This document shows positions 10,378 to 21,248 of a stretch of 64,000 bases of DNA, piece after piece. Both the position numbers and the translations under genes were made by a program. The stretch is from contig JBJBDC010000001.1 of NCBI GenBank assembly GCA_047285535.1, positions 1,568,136 through 1,632,135 on the forward strand. The letters run 5' to 3'. Origin of the DNA: Synechococcus sp. (GTDB lineage Bacteria > Cyanobacteriota > Cyanobacteriia > PCC-6307 > Cyanobiaceae). Within the stretch, counting starts at the first letter, position 1. Each line of letters starts with the position of its first letter. A model generated the notes under the pieces. That model was not told the origin of the DNA, did not search any database, and worked only from the letters and a program-made list of their open reading frames with translations.

Positions 10378-13300
10378 ATGACCAGCAGCGGCAAAGTCAG
10401 AATTTATGAGTTGTCCAAGGATCTTGGCTTGGAGAACAAAGATGTCCTGGATGCCGCCGAGAAACTGTCCATCGCGGCCAGGAGCCACAGCAGCTCCATC
10501 AGCGAAACAGAAGCCGGCAAAATCCGAAGCCTTCTCAAGCGAGGTGGCAATCCAGCGGCGCCTACTCCAACAAAGCCTGTGCCTGGCAAAGCAATCCTCT
10601 CGGTCAAGAAGGCATCCAACCCAGCTGCTCCTGCCAAACCCAGCAAACCAGTGGTTCAGTCGGCAGCCAAACCGAGCCCCACACCTTCAGCACCCTCAAG
10701 GCCAGAGACTCCCAAGCCCCCAGTGGTAAACAAGCCTGTCTCACGGCAACCGGCGCCACAAAAACCGATCAAACGACCAAGCGCGTCTTCACCATCCGCT
10801 TCGGCACCAAGGCCACAGCCCAAGGCCGCCGCCGCTCCCTCTGCACCAAAACCGTCGGTTCCTGTACGGACTGCATCGGCTCCCTCTGCGCCTACACGAC
10901 CCAGCTCAGCGAGACCGACACCTGCACCGGTTCGGCCAACAGGGACTCCTCCTGTCAAGCGACCTGGCGATGCCAGCACCGGCCGACCGTCCACACCATC
11001 TCCACGTTCTCAACCCAAAGCCCCGGTGAATCGAGGGGCACCTCAACGACCAGCACCAAAACCAGAACTTGTTGGTCGTCCTCAACCCAAACGTGTTCCG
11101 CCCGGGGCGCCCGTGCGTCAAAACGGCCAACGCGCAGGCGTGAGCCCAAGACCCAGTGGCCCGCCTGGCCAGCGCGCCAACATGCCGCAAAGGACAGCAG
11201 GGGCTCAACGTCCAGGAGCTCCTGCGAGGCCAGGGAATCCCCCAACCAAACCTGGGCAATCTCGCTCAGGAGGAGGGCTCGAACTAGTCGGCAAACCTAT
11301 TCGCCGAGATGGAAAGAGCGATGGAGGGAGCCGTAGCGAGGGGCCAAGACGGCCCCCAGGTGCGCCCAGACCAGGAGCCTCCCGACCCGGCGGCATGCCT
11401 GGCATGCGTAAACCGATGGCACCTGGTGAGCTCATGCAGCTCCAAAAGCCAAATAGCCGTCCCTCTGCACCTCCGCCGAGACGCGTTGATGGCAGCCCTG
11501 TTGCCACTCGTAGCACTGAGGCCGCACCAGGTGGAGCCAAGGCCACTCCGCCTGTTTCACGGCCTACGGCCACTCCCCCATCAGCTCCAAGACGACCAGG
11601 ATTTAGGCCAGGTGCCGGAGCAGGCGGGCAGCGCAGGCCAGGCCGCCCTGATTGGGATGACAGCGCCAAGCTTGAAGCACTGCGCAGTAAATCACCGCAG
11701 AAACAGCGTCAAAAGGTTCACATCATCGGCGAAAACGATGATGCCCTAACCGCTGAAACCGGAGGCTTTGCGGGCGAACAGCAGGCGATGGTGCTCTCCG
11801 CAAGTTTGGCCCGTCCAGCCAAACCCAGAACGAAGCAGAAGACTGATCCCAAGCCAGTTGCTGCTATCCGTAAGCGTCGCAAGGAAACAGCTCGCCAGCG
11901 TCAGCGTCGCCGGGCGATGGAACTCCGTGCCGCCAGAGAGGCAAAACAGGTCCGGCCAGAAATGATCGTGGTCCCTGAGGACAACCTCACGGTTCAAGAG
12001 CTCGCTGACATGCTCAGTGTCGAGAGCTCTGAAATCATTAAATCACTCTTCTTCAAAGGGGTGATTGCTACGGTCACACAGACCTTGGACATGCCAACAA
12101 TTGAGGCTGTGGCCCAAGAGTTCGGCGTACCGGTGCTTCAGGACGATGTCGAAGAGGCGGCCAAGAAGACCGTAGAGATGATCGAAGAGAAAGATCTCGA
12201 GCATCTCATTCGCCGTCCTCCTGTCGTCACCGTGATGGGTCATGTGGACCATGGCAAGACCAGTCTTCTCGATGCAATCAGAAAAGCCCGGGTCGCGGCA
12301 GGCGAAGCCGGTGGCATCACGCAACACATTGGCGCTTACCAAGTAGAGATCCAACACAACGATGCCCCTCGCAAGCTCACCTTCCTGGACACTCCAGGTC
12401 ACGAAGCATTCACTGCCATGCGTGCCCGGGGAACCAAAGTCACTGATGTTGCGGTCTTAGTCGTAGCAGCAGATGATGGCGTTCGTCCTCAGACCCTGGA
12501 AGCCATCAGCCATGCACGAGCGGCAGAAGTGCCTGTTGTCGTGGCAATCAACAAGATCGATAAGGAAGGTGCATCCCCAGATCGCGTCAAACAAGAACTC
12601 TCCGAACAGAACTTATTGGCAGAAGAATGGGGAGGAGATGTGGTGATGGTGCCGGTTAGTGCCATCCGCGGAGAAAACATTGACAAGCTGCTTGAAATGA
12701 TTCTGCTTGTGACAGAAGTGGAGGATCTTCAAGCCAACCCTGATCGACTCGCCAAGGGCACTGTGATCGAAGCCCATCTGGATAAAGCCAAAGGCCCTGT
12801 AGCCACATTGCTGGTTCAGAACGGCACATTGCGCACTGGCGATGTGCTCGCAGCCGGTCCAGTCCTAGGCAAAATCAGAGCCATGGTCGATGACGGTGGG
12901 GCGCGTCTTAGAGAAGCTGGGCCGTCCTGCGCCGTGGAAGCTCTTGGCTTTAGTGAAGTTCCAACAGCTGGTGATGAATTCGAGGTCTACCCGGATGAGA
13001 AATCTGCAAGGGCTGTTGTGGGTGATCGTGCCTCCGATGCTCGTGCCAATCGATTGGCGCAGCAGATGGCTTCTCGCCGTGTGTCACTCACCGCCATGTC
13101 TGGCCAGGCCAACGAAGGCGAACTCAAGGAGCTCAATCTCATTCTCAAAGCTGATGTTCAAGGCAGTGTGGAAGCAATTCTTGGCTCTCTTGAACAGCTA
13201 CCCAAAGATGAGGTACAGGTCCGTGTTTTGTTGTCTGCACCTGGCGAAATCACAGAAACGGACGTGGATCTAGCTGCAGCCTCTGGTGCCGTCATCGTGG

Positions 13301-13740
13301 GCTTCAACACATCGATGGCTTCCGGCGCGAAACGAGCAGCAGACGCCAATGGCGTCGACGTGCGCGACTACGACGTCATCTACAAATTGTTAGAAGACAT
13401 CCAGTTGGCGATGGAAGGTCTCTTAGAGCCTGAACTTGTTGAAGAGTCTCTTGGAGAAGCAGAGGTTCGAGCCGTTTTCACGATCGGCAAGAGCGCTGTG
13501 GCTGGGTGCTACATCACCAATGGCAAACTTCAGAGAAACTGCAAGGTACGTGTCCGTCGGGGCAAAGAAATCGTCTTTGCTGGAGATCTCGATTCTCTTC
13601 GCAGAAACAAAGACGATGTTAAGGATGTGGCCACAGGATTCGAATGCGGAATCGGCTGTGATCGATTTGCTAATTGGAAGGAAGGTGACATCGTTGAGGG
13701 TTACAAGCTGGTGACCCAACGCCGCAAATTAGCCATCTGA
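10378..13740 (+). CDS. infB: Translation initiation factor IF-2
   Basis: [10 protein letters not shown]-terminus, Pro/Arg-rich linker, [28 protein letters not shown]; start at ATG 10378 (ORF track 10312). Confidence 0.99.
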   Translation: MTSSGKVRIYELSKDLGLENKDVLDAAEKLSIAARSHSSSISETEAGKIRSLLKRGGNPAAPTPTKPVPGKAILSVKKASNPAAPAKPSKPVVQSAAKPSPTPSAPSRPETPKPPVVNKPVSRQPAPQKPIKRPSASSPSASAPRPQPKAAAAPSAPKPSVPVRTASAPSAPTRPSSARPTPAPVRPTGTPPVKRPGDASTGRPSTPSPRSQPKAPVNRGAPQRPAPKPELVGRPQPKRVPPGAPVRQNGQRAGVSPRPSGPPGQRANMPQRTAGAQRPGAPARPGNPPTKPGQSRSGGGLELVGKPIRRDGKSDGGSRSEGPRRPPGAPRPGASRPGGMPGMRKPMAPGELMQLQKPNSRPSAPPPRRVDGSPVATRSTEAAPGGAKATPPVSRPTATPPSAPRRPGFRPGAGAGGQRRPGRPDWDDSAKLEALRSKSPQKQRQKVHIIGENDDALTAETGGFAGEQQAMVLSASLARPAKPRTKQKTDPKPVAAIRKRRKETARQRQRRRAMELRAAREAKQVRPEMIVVPEDNLTVQELADMLSVESSEIIKSLFFKGVIATVTQTLDMPTIEAVAQEFGVPVLQDDVEEAAKKTVEMIEEKDLEHLIRRPPVVTVMGHVDHGKTSLLDAIRKARVAAGEAGGITQHIGAYQVEIQHNDAPRKLTFLDTPGHEAFTAMRARGTKVTDVAVLVVAADDGVRPQTLEAISHARAAEVPVVVAINKIDKEGASPDRVKQELSEQNLLAEEWGGDVVMVPVSAIRGENIDKLLEMILLVTEVEDLQANPDRLAKGTVIEAHLDKAKGPVATLLVQNGTLRTGDVLAAGPVLGKIRAMVDDGGARLREAGPSCAVEALGFSEVPTAGDEFEVYPDEKSARAVVGDRASDARANRLAQQMASRRVSLTAMSGQANEGELKELNLILKADVQGSVEAILGSLEQLPKDEVQVRVLLSAPGEITETDVDLAAASGAVIVGFNTSMASGAKRAADANGVDVRDYDVIYKLLEDIQLAMEGLLEPELVEESLGEAEVRAVFTIGKSAVAGCYITNGKLQRNCKVRVRRGKEIVFAGDLDSLRRNKDDVKDVATGFECGIGCDRFANWKEGDIVEGYKLVTQRRKLAI

Positions 13741-14660
13741 TGTCACCTCGCAGCGAGCCGCTTCTATGGCTCCAGTTAGTGGCTCTTGGAGCCATTCCAC
13801 TGGAGCTGGAGCTGCTGCGATTGGTCTTGGCAGGCTCTGATCTTGGTCCCGTTCCGTCTCTTGAACGACTGCTCTGCTGGGGGATAGGCGTCGTCGCACC
13901 GGCTGTATTGCTTTGGCGAAAACCTGCAGACTGGGGTTCACTCCTCTTGGTTCGTCATCCGATTTCTGAACGCAACACCTGGCAAAGGAAACTCAGTCGC
14001 TACCAGGAGAACTTGTTTTTAAAATTGATTTGTGCAGCAGGGGCAGTGCTGTTGCTTGCCCTGTTCTGGTGGATCGACCGCTCTTCGATTCTGATCGCAG
14101 ATCTTTCCCCCATCACAAGCGGACAACGTCTCAACAGCCTGCTGATCGCAACACCCCTATTGGCAGTGATTTTGTGGCAATGGCATCAGCTGATGCAAAC
14201 AATCTGGCTTCTCACCCGTTCGACCAAGGCCATTGAAGGAGCTTTACCGATGAATGAATTACAACTGGAACAATCAAGGCTGTCACTTGGGCTGAATCTT
14301 CTTCGACTGAAAGAACTGGAATGGGATGATCCCAAGATCAGGCCAGCCAATGTTGATGAGCGCAATACAACTCCGAACACAGATTTGGCTGAGCAATCCC
14401 CTCAAATGCCAAAACAAGAATCAACTGAGCAAAACACACTTTCCAAGAATGAAGAAGAACAGGTGAACGCAACAGAAGCATCAGGTTCAGTTGCCACGAG
14501 TTCGATCCAGCCAGAGCAAGCTTCCAAACACTCCAACAGCACCGATCTGAATCACGAGATCACTGACAACAAGATCGCCTCCGGCAGCGACTCTGAAGGT
14601 CATAACGAACAAACCAAGACCACCGGAGGCAAAGAGAGCGATCCAGAGGAAACGCCTTAG
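13740..14660 (+). CDS. Cyanobacterial membrane protein with low-complexity tail
   Basis: Starts RSEPLLWLQL, about four TM segments, then a polar S/T/E/N-rich tail; start overlaps the infB stop. Confidence 0.85.
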   Translation: MSPRSEPLLWLQLVALGAIPLELELLRLVLAGSDLGPVPSLERLLCWGIGVVAPAVLLWRKPADWGSLLLVRHPISERNTWQRKLSRYQENLFLKLICAAGAVLLLALFWWIDRSSILIADLSPITSGQRLNSLLIATPLLAVILWQWHQLMQTIWLLTRSTKAIEGALPMNELQLEQSRLSLGLNLLRLKELEWDDPKIRPANVDERNTTPNTDLAEQSPQMPKQESTEQNTLSKNEEEQVNATEASGSVATSSIQPEQASKHSNSTDLNHEITDNKIASGSDSEGHNEQTKTTGGKESDPEETP

Positions 14661-14744
14661 ACCGCGCCAAGGGGTTCGTGATTCCTGTAGGAGACGCTCT
14701 TTCATTGCTGGATCCAACTGATTTTGCGAGTTGCTATCGCTCAA
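14487..14744 (-). CDS. DUF3493-like small membrane protein
   Basis: KERLLQESRTPWRGLRRFLWIALFASGGLGL pattern and two TM segments. Confidence 0.8.
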   Translation of the reverse strand: MSDSNSQNQLDPAMKERLLQESRTPWRGLRRFLWIALFASGGLGLFVMTFRVAAGGDLVVSDLVIQIGAVGVFGSLLWLDRTRGN

Positions 14745-14785
14745 ACCCTGTGATGCGGAATGCCAAATGTTAAGTTCCTATTGAT

Positions 14786-14858
14786 GCCGATGTAGCTCAG
14801 CTGGTAGAGCAACGCTTTCGTAAAGCGTGGGTCGCCTGTTCAAGTCAGGTCATCGGCT
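14786..14858 (+). tRNA. tRNA-Thr(CGT)
   Basis: Acceptor stem GCCGATG/CATCGGC, D-arm TAGCTCAGCTGGTAGAGC, anticodon stem ACGCT/AGCGT with loop TTCGTAA, T-arm CCTG-TTCAAGT-CAGG. Confidence 0.97.
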
Positions 14859-15751
14859 TTTGTTGTGGAAAGCGTTTTCAAAAAAAGTAACCAAGATGCG
14901 TCCACCCTCAAGCCCAGACTTTGGCCTTTTGCATCCAAAAAAGAGATACTATGTCCCCCCTAACACACCAGCAGAAGCATAGAGGTTTAGCCTCAAACAT
15001 GGAGTCAGCAACGCCACATTTCATCCAAAGGCAGCCTAGAGATACACCTACTATTTTTTTACAAAGCAAAGACACACAGTTCAACAAGGCCAGACCTTGA
15101 ACTCCTTAGACGCCCAAAACCAATTAACGAAAACGAACACATGAGTCAATTTTGCCAAGCGCAATCTCTAAACATATTACTGGAATGAACTTGTAACAGA
15201 ATCGCATTAATACTGCCAATCTACGAACTTAACCCTTGACACCCTGCTCGACACAGCAACCCAATCAACTTGACACCTGAGTCCTTGTTGTTGTTATTTT
15301 TGCCAGCGATTTTAGTGAATTTATTACCATTACGAGTGAAGCTTGTCTAAGAATCAAATGAACACACCAAATGATCCTTAGCAAACCAGAACAACAGATA
15401 TCACCCTCGTGGGCCTGACCACATCAGAGCGCGCTGAAAAGACTAAAACCAAAAGCCAATCAATTTGCTGGAACCTTGGCACACACTCAGTGATGCAGAC
15501 AGCAGCTCATCAACAACCTCTGGACAACGCACCACCCCTCCATAGACCTGATTGATCGTACGAACCTTTTTTCGCGTGAACCACCTCTCTTCTCAGTCGA
15601 ACGCCAGGGCAACCGATCCAGCACGCGCGAGCTCCAAGACCAGAAGCCAGACATCCTCTGACGACCTCAAGCAGGGAGTGATTCAACACCCCCTCCCCAT
15701 CAGAGCAAGTTGTTTCCAGGCTTCACATCTGGAGCATGAATGAATGCAACC

Positions 15752-15817
15752 AAAAAAAAGAGGAAGGCTTCCCGCAACCCTCCTCATGACGACGCATTCC
15801 CGTTCCCAGGAACACAT
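15752..15817 (-). ncRNA. Candidate two-hairpin small RNA
   Basis: Minus strand: stem ATGTGTTCC/GGAATGCGT with loop TGGGAACG, then terminator GAGGAGGGTT-GCGGGA-AGCCTTCCTC-T8; several G-U pairs form only on the minus strand. Confidence 0.45.
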
Positions 15818-15896
15818 TGAGTGTTATGTATCCCTAGGAACTTATTTGTAGGAACGACCACCAAAAAGCCCAAAGGTCAGCAGACACAAACCATCA

Positions 15897-15923
15897 ACAA
15901 AAAGCCCCGCTCATTGCGGGGCT
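15897..15923 (-). terminator. Intrinsic terminator of the hli pair
   Basis: AGCCCCGC-AATGA-GCGGGGCT followed by TTTTGTT on the minus strand. Confidence 0.85.
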
Positions 15924-16004
15924 GGCCAACATCATTGCTCTTTAGGTCCATCTCCCTGGAGGACACATCAGCCTCAGTGGGCTGCAGACACCGGCTTTGA
16001 CGAA

Positions 16005-16238
16005 TTAAAGCCCAATGGCGTGTAGCAAGCCTTCGCCACTGATCAGTTCCGTGGCTATCGCAGCGACGAATCCAATCATTGCAAGGCGACCATTGAGCTG
16101 TTCGGCACGCTCGTAGAACCCCCATCCCGCATCTGGTGCTGCCAATTCCATACGGGGCTCTTTCGCATAAACATTGCCGTGACCTTGACCATCTCTGGTG
16201 ACCAGACCGGTTGGTTGGCGAAGTGTAGTTGTGGTCAT
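16005..16238 (-). CDS. hli: High-light inducible protein (HLIP)
   Basis: AEQLNGRLAMIGF chlorophyll-binding motif; N-terminal DGQGHGNVYAKEPRM segment typical of longer HLIPs. Confidence 0.95.
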   Translation of the reverse strand: MTTTTLRQPTGLVTRDGQGHGNVYAKEPRMELAAPDAGWGFYERAEQLNGRLAMIGFVAAIATELISGEGLLHAIGL

Positions 16239-16283
16239 TGGTGCCTCCGAATGGGACCTGATTCGTTGTGGTCGGGATTGAGG

Positions 16284-16469
16284 TCAAAAACCAAGGGCAG
16301 GGAGCAAACCTTGATGGAGAAGATCTTCTGTGGCGACAAGCGCCACAAACCCGAGCATCGCCAAACGTCCATTCAGCAGTTCTGCTTTGGCCAAACGCTC
16401 AAGGCGTATTTGCTCGCCGGCAAGGTCGTTCCAATAACGCTCTTGGGCTTGAAGGGTTGTTGTTGTCAT
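16284..16469 (-). CDS. hli: High-light inducible protein (HLIP)
   Basis: [13 protein letters not shown] motif. Confidence 0.95.
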   Translation of the reverse strand: MTTTTLQAQERYWNDLAGEQIRLERLAKAELLNGRLAMLGFVALVATEDLLHQGLLPALGF

Positions 16470-17241
16470 GGTTGTCTCCGAATGGGACCTGAACGGTCTA
16501 TTGCTGCTTCCTTCTCTTCGGAAGATGGGCCAGCCGTAATGAACGGTTCGGTTTCAAGACCTTTTCGGACGGCTTCTACGCGAGCACTTTCAACGCGTTC
16601 AGTGCTCTTGTAAACGTCAGTTCTGTTGATCAGCAGTACTCCGCTGCTGTAGCAGCAAGAACATCTCCGTCACAAACAATGCAACTGATGACTGGAAAGC
16701 TGTGATGATGATTCATGGGCAGTCCACACACTGAGGCTTTAAAAATTAATCATGCTCGTTTTGTGTTGATGTGCGCTGACCCACTTAATTAATGAGGGCA
16801 ACTACCGCACCAAACCATTGGGTGTCAGCTCAATGCATCTGCTCCTACTGGCTTAGTGGTCTGTTCTTAACCTTTGAATTCACTGGAGAGGAACCTGATC
16901 GCTGCCCCTCTGCTTGCTCTCCTGTGATGTTCGCGCCGACACCAGCACTGTTGACTCCGATGCTGGCAACCACGATCTCTACTTCGGTAATCTCCGATTC
17001 GATTTGGCCAGTGGAAACAGTTGATATCTTCTTTGATTAATGCATTGACCGGACTCTGTGAATTGGAGCTCAATGCACTGAATCAATGGATCTTTTGACT
17101 GTTCTGTCAGCTGAAATAGAACAAGAAAACCGGTCTAAAATCAGAATTCAACAAGCTGATTCAATGACAACTGCTAAAGCAAAACTCAAGCATGGAGAGA
17201 AGACCATTCAGGAATTCAACATTGCTATCAGCCGGCAATTG

Positions 17242-17493
17242 TCAAGAGTCCATTCTTTCCAGCAAGATATTACATCCCAAATCAGTTTTGATATCCCACT
17301 TCTGATTACCTTTCCTCGTTTCAAACTCGTAAAAACCATTATCCACTTCTTGATCAATAACTCTAAACCCGCTCGCCCTAAGTCTTTGTGCGCACTCAGC
17401 GATGGGTAGGTTTTGTTGAGCTAAAGCCACAAGTCCATTACCAGCAAGCATTGTAGTAGCAATGAGCGAGGCGACTCGAAACAAGCTGAACAT
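17242..17493 (-). CDS. PepSY-like small secreted protein
   Basis: Signal peptide, then LRASGFRVIDQEVDNGFYEFE...DIKTD pattern resembling PepSY_2. Confidence 0.7.
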   Translation of the reverse strand: MFSLFRVASLIATTMLAGNGLVALAQQNLPIAECAQRLRASGFRVIDQEVDNGFYEFETRKGNQKWDIKTDLGCNILLERMDS

Positions 17494-18398
17494 CGTTGAA
17501 AAACTATTTTCATTTACTTTTTAGCTATAGTTATGAAATGGCGCCACCTATGCTGAGTCCACCTCAGTTCGACTTCTCACGCTATTCAAGACATGGCCCC
17601 ATGGAGCACGCTGCTGATCGATCGGATTGACATGGCTGATTCCCTCTCTAGGCACATGCATTCACTATTTACCACCCATTCAGTGCATTGCTCTGACAGC
17701 AAAGCAAAGGCATAAAACAGTCACAGCGAAGAAGATAGATGACTGATCTGATATTGAGAGCTAAGACAAATGATTGGAGTTGCTTTGAGCAGACTCTGAA
17801 AGCAAGGCGCGATGAATGAATACCTCCAACCGCTGCATCGTTCATCGTGAGGAGATCAAGGGATGATGCAGAACAATCTCCCCAGTCGGCATCAACCTCT
17901 TGTCCAGAAATGAATGCAACTGATGAGTCTTCAGATCAGACTTTATCTCATTGACTGCGTAGCAAAGAGGGTTTCGGGCGCTTGGCATCTACGCATTACA
18001 ACTGATATCCATGCGCTCATGACAATGTTCCAAGCCATGGGCATTCGGAGGTATTTAAAAACAACTCTGAAGCCATGAGCCACCACGGCTGGTCACTCAT
18101 GGCTTCTTTCAAACTGACGACAGCCGGGCATTATCAGCAGCATTAAAATTTTCATTCAGATCATCATTCCGCCCGAGCAATCACCATTAATTTATTAATC
18201 CTACGAGTCTTATTCAAGGCATATTGCTGTATATTAATTCAATTAATTACCGCGCCGCCAAGCCAAACACCTGGCAATTCACTCCACGATTGAAATATTT
18301 TTTTCATCTCATGAAGTCATCAACGAGGCTCTAAAAGCAAACCAAGCAACCGTTAGCCCAGGTTCTCAAAACCCTTCTTGATATGAACAAAATCCAGG

Positions 18399-19691
18399 AT
18401 GGCCTGCAGTGCAATCAAACTGAAAGCACTCCTGAAAAAATTCATGGCCAGCATCGAACCCAGCAAGTTAGATCGCTGGCGACGCAGCTTTGGCAACGAT
18501 GCGGAACTCGATGAGGTGTTCATCGTTCTAAGCGTCGGAGCAGGACTCATCGCAACCCTTGGGTTGCTAGCCAACAGCCCGGCAGTGGTGATCGGAGCCA
18601 TGGTTGTAGCGCCTTGGATCATGCCCTTGCGAGCCGCTGCTTTTGCTGTACTGCTTGGCGATATCCCTCTGCTTACCCGTTCCTTGCGAACGTTAATGTT
18701 CGGCGTCTTTGCCACCACAGCACTGTCTATTTTGCTGGGAAAACTGGCAGGCTTGCCCCAGTTTGGAACGGAAGTCAATGCCCGCACAGCTCCCAATCTT
18801 CTTGATTTAGGGATTGCGCTTGTTGCCGGAGGCCTTGCCACATACGCCAAACTTCGCAGTGACGCTGTGAGCTCACTCGCAGGGACCGCCATCGCGGTTG
18901 CCCTGGTTCCACCCATCTGCGTGATGGGACTGCTTTTATCTCACTCGGAATGGGAGCAGGCCATTAACGCAGCCCTGCTGTTTGCAACCAATCTTCTTGG
19001 GATTTTGACAGGCGGATTAGTGCTCATGGCCTGCAAAGATCCCTATTTTCGTGAGCAGCTAAAACGAAGCCAATTAGGCGCGGCTAACTTTGTGCTCACC
19101 GGCTTATTACTCATCCCATTAGGAAGCAGTTTTATCAATCTTCTTAGCCAAGCCAGGCAAGCCAGTACGCGAGATTTGATCGCACAGACCATCGAACAAT
19201 TTCTTACACGTGAAACATTAACTTTTGGAGATCAAAAGAAAGTCGAAGTCGAGAGAGTGGACATCGACTGGAATACAAATCCACCGATCGTTAGAGTGAT
19301 CGTGCGTGTTGCCGACCCAGCACGTCCCACATTCAAACAAGTTTCAGCGGTTCAAGAAGAAATCAACAAGCGGCAAAATATCCGGTTTCGACTTGTCGTT
19401 CAACGCAATGCAGTGGATATTGCAGGACCACAAGAGGAACCCAACACCAAGACTCCTCACACTCAGCAACTGATCGATTCAAGCATTCAGCCTGGCGAGG
19501 GAACCACATCAATCAACGACCTAAAACCTCTCAAAGGAATATCTCCTTTCGAAGGCCTGCCCTTTCTCAAGGACAAACAATCATTCACAAAAGAAAATTC
19601 AATCGACCTCCAATCCACGCCTGAGTTTGACGCCTTTCCCCAAGAGGAGCCAGGCCTTTCAAGCTCATCCAAATCCGATTCTCTGCAATGA
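18399..19691 (+). CDS. DUF389 domain membrane protein
   Basis: IATLGLLANSPAVVIGAMVVAP, RTAPNLLDLGIAL, GTAIAVALVPP; true start may be M at 18444. Confidence 0.9.
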   Translation: MACSAIKLKALLKKFMASIEPSKLDRWRRSFGNDAELDEVFIVLSVGAGLIATLGLLANSPAVVIGAMVVAPWIMPLRAAAFAVLLGDIPLLTRSLRTLMFGVFATTALSILLGKLAGLPQFGTEVNARTAPNLLDLGIALVAGGLATYAKLRSDAVSSLAGTAIAVALVPPICVMGLLLSHSEWEQAINAALLFATNLLGILTGGLVLMACKDPYFREQLKRSQLGAANFVLTGLLLIPLGSSFINLLSQARQASTRDLIAQTIEQFLTRETLTFGDQKKVEVERVDIDWNTNPPIVRVIVRVADPARPTFKQVSAVQEEINKRQNIRFRLVVQRNAVDIAGPQEEPNTKTPHTQQLIDSSIQPGEGTTSINDLKPLKGISPFEGLPFLKDKQSFTKENSIDLQSTPEFDAFPQEEPGLSSSSKSDSLQ

Positions 19692-19738
19692 CTTGGGCAA
19701 AGCGAAGACCATCAAATCAACACACGCGCATGGAGTAA

Positions 19739-19996
19739 TTACTGGACGATGTTAAAGCTTGACTCCTCGAATCCATCACAATCCAAAGGCAACATAGCCT
19801 CAACAAGTAGCTTCCTAGAGAGATCGCGAAATGCATCAGTTGCAAGCCAAGCAGAGAAGCAGGCCAAGTGAGTATGGCCCGGGAGAAATTCAAATCCAGT
19901 ACGCCAGAATACAAGCGCGTTAGCATCAGCTCCATGAATAAAAAGCAAGGCTATTAAAGAATAAAAATAGGCACACAGAGTTAACCTAATCGTCAT
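19739..19996 (-). CDS. Hypothetical protein
   Basis: 85-aa ORF with hydrophobic N-terminus; no recognised motif. Confidence 0.35.
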   Translation of the reverse strand: MTIRLTLCAYFYSLIALLFIHGADANALVFWRTGFEFLPGHTHLACFSAWLATDAFRDLSRKLLVEAMLPLDCDGFEESSFNIVQ

Positions 19997-20582
19997 TTTT
20001 GATCGCGCAGCGATCCTTCTTTGATACCAACGAGTTTATATTCCCCAGAATGAGTGAGTGATATCTAATTCAGTGGATCTAACCCTTTACTGCATTCCAG
20101 ATCAACTGATTGAAGGTTCTTGGAGAGCGACAGGTGTTGAATGATCAGAAACAAGGCCAAGAGGGAAAGAGTGAGCATTGCACTCGTGCATCACCGTCAT
20201 GCCGAACCCTGCAGAGTTGAGCACATTCAGCCCTCAGCCCAGGTACTCAAGATTCGGTTCTGACCGCCAAGAATGGACTGGTTGAAGTCGAAACTGTTCA
20301 GATTTCGGCTGTTACTGAAACAGACGTAGTGGAAGATCAAGCCACCGAAGTAACCACGTCAGGCCACGATGAGGTCGATTGAGATACCCAACCCACGGAA
20401 TTGAAACCATTGAGTAGCTCCAGAGCGCTACTGCATGGCGATCGCCATGCGAGCGGAACAGAGAATCCTGCAAGAAGACAGTTACGGCAGGGCCTAGTAG
20501 CCCAACGCAAGAAGCGCAAAGGAAGCTCCTGAAACCTCATCATCCTTAAAGAAAAAGGCCACTTCTCCGCCCTTGCCGTCTT

Positions 20583-20774
20583 ATGCCTTCAGAAAGGCTT
20601 AAGATTCTCTGTGAACACTCTTTGGTGATCAATGTGGTTTTGATTCGATGGCTTCAGGCAGGGCGTCGTCTAGAGGAAACCGTTCCCGTCGCGATGGCTC
20701 GCCACAGAAGAAACGAGCTTGAAGCTCAAGGAGCAGTCGTTTACTGGAGTGAACGATTAGCCAATGCCTTCTAG
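20583..20774 (+). CDS. Small hypothetical protein
   Basis: Protein-like sequence VLIRWLQAGRRLEETVP...GAVVYWSERL; start uncertain. Confidence 0.65.
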   Translation: MPSERLKILCEHSLVINVVLIRWLQAGRRLEETVPVAMARHRRNELEAQGAVVYWSERLANAF

Positions 20775-21159
20775 GGATCCAAACTGGATTGGTTGCACAA
20801 GAACCATGACGATTGGCCTTAGAGCATGCTTCCTCAGAAGCGAGGTCATGACTGTTGCGGTAACCAGTGCAGCTGCTCTAGTTCTGAGCGCATGCGGCAG
20901 CAAAACAGTTCCAATCAATAGTCAGGATCAAAACAAAGCCATCAATCGCTTGGAACTTCGGATCGAACAGCTAGAACGCCAGGTCGATGAACAGCTTCCT
21001 CCCCCCTCAGACAACAGCGACAAGGTACCTGCCGGTCCTGTGAGTTCCATCACATTGAGAACCGGAACCGCTGATGACCGGCTCAGAATTTATTGGGCAG
21101 ATGGGACACGCAGTGATCTTCCTTGCACGAAGGAACAGAACACATGGGCTTGTGGATAA
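20764..21159 (+). CDS. Putative lipoprotein with coiled-coil segment
   Basis: Lipobox LSAC, heptad stretch AINRLELRIEQLERQV, C-terminal Cys pair LPCTKEQNTWACG; real start probably downstream. Confidence 0.75.
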   Translation: MPSRDPNWIGCTRTMTIGLRACFLRSEVMTVAVTSAAALVLSACGSKTVPINSQDQNKAINRLELRIEQLERQVDEQLPPPSDNSDKVPAGPVSSITLRTGTADDRLRIYWADGTRSDLPCTKEQNTWACG

Positions 21160-21248
21160 AAAGACTCCCCAGAGGCCAGTCACAACCATTCACACCTATC
21201 AGCTGATCCTTTCATGGAAGAACTGATTCATCGCGCCAAGATTGCTCC

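Noticed and set aside
10540..11650. Pro/Ala/Arg low-complexity repeats
   Set aside because: Normal N-terminal linker of cyanobacterial IF-2.
15480..15720. Minus frame with SDGEGVL...LEVVRG, faintly DUF1651-like
   Set aside because: No start codon and too little similarity to support.
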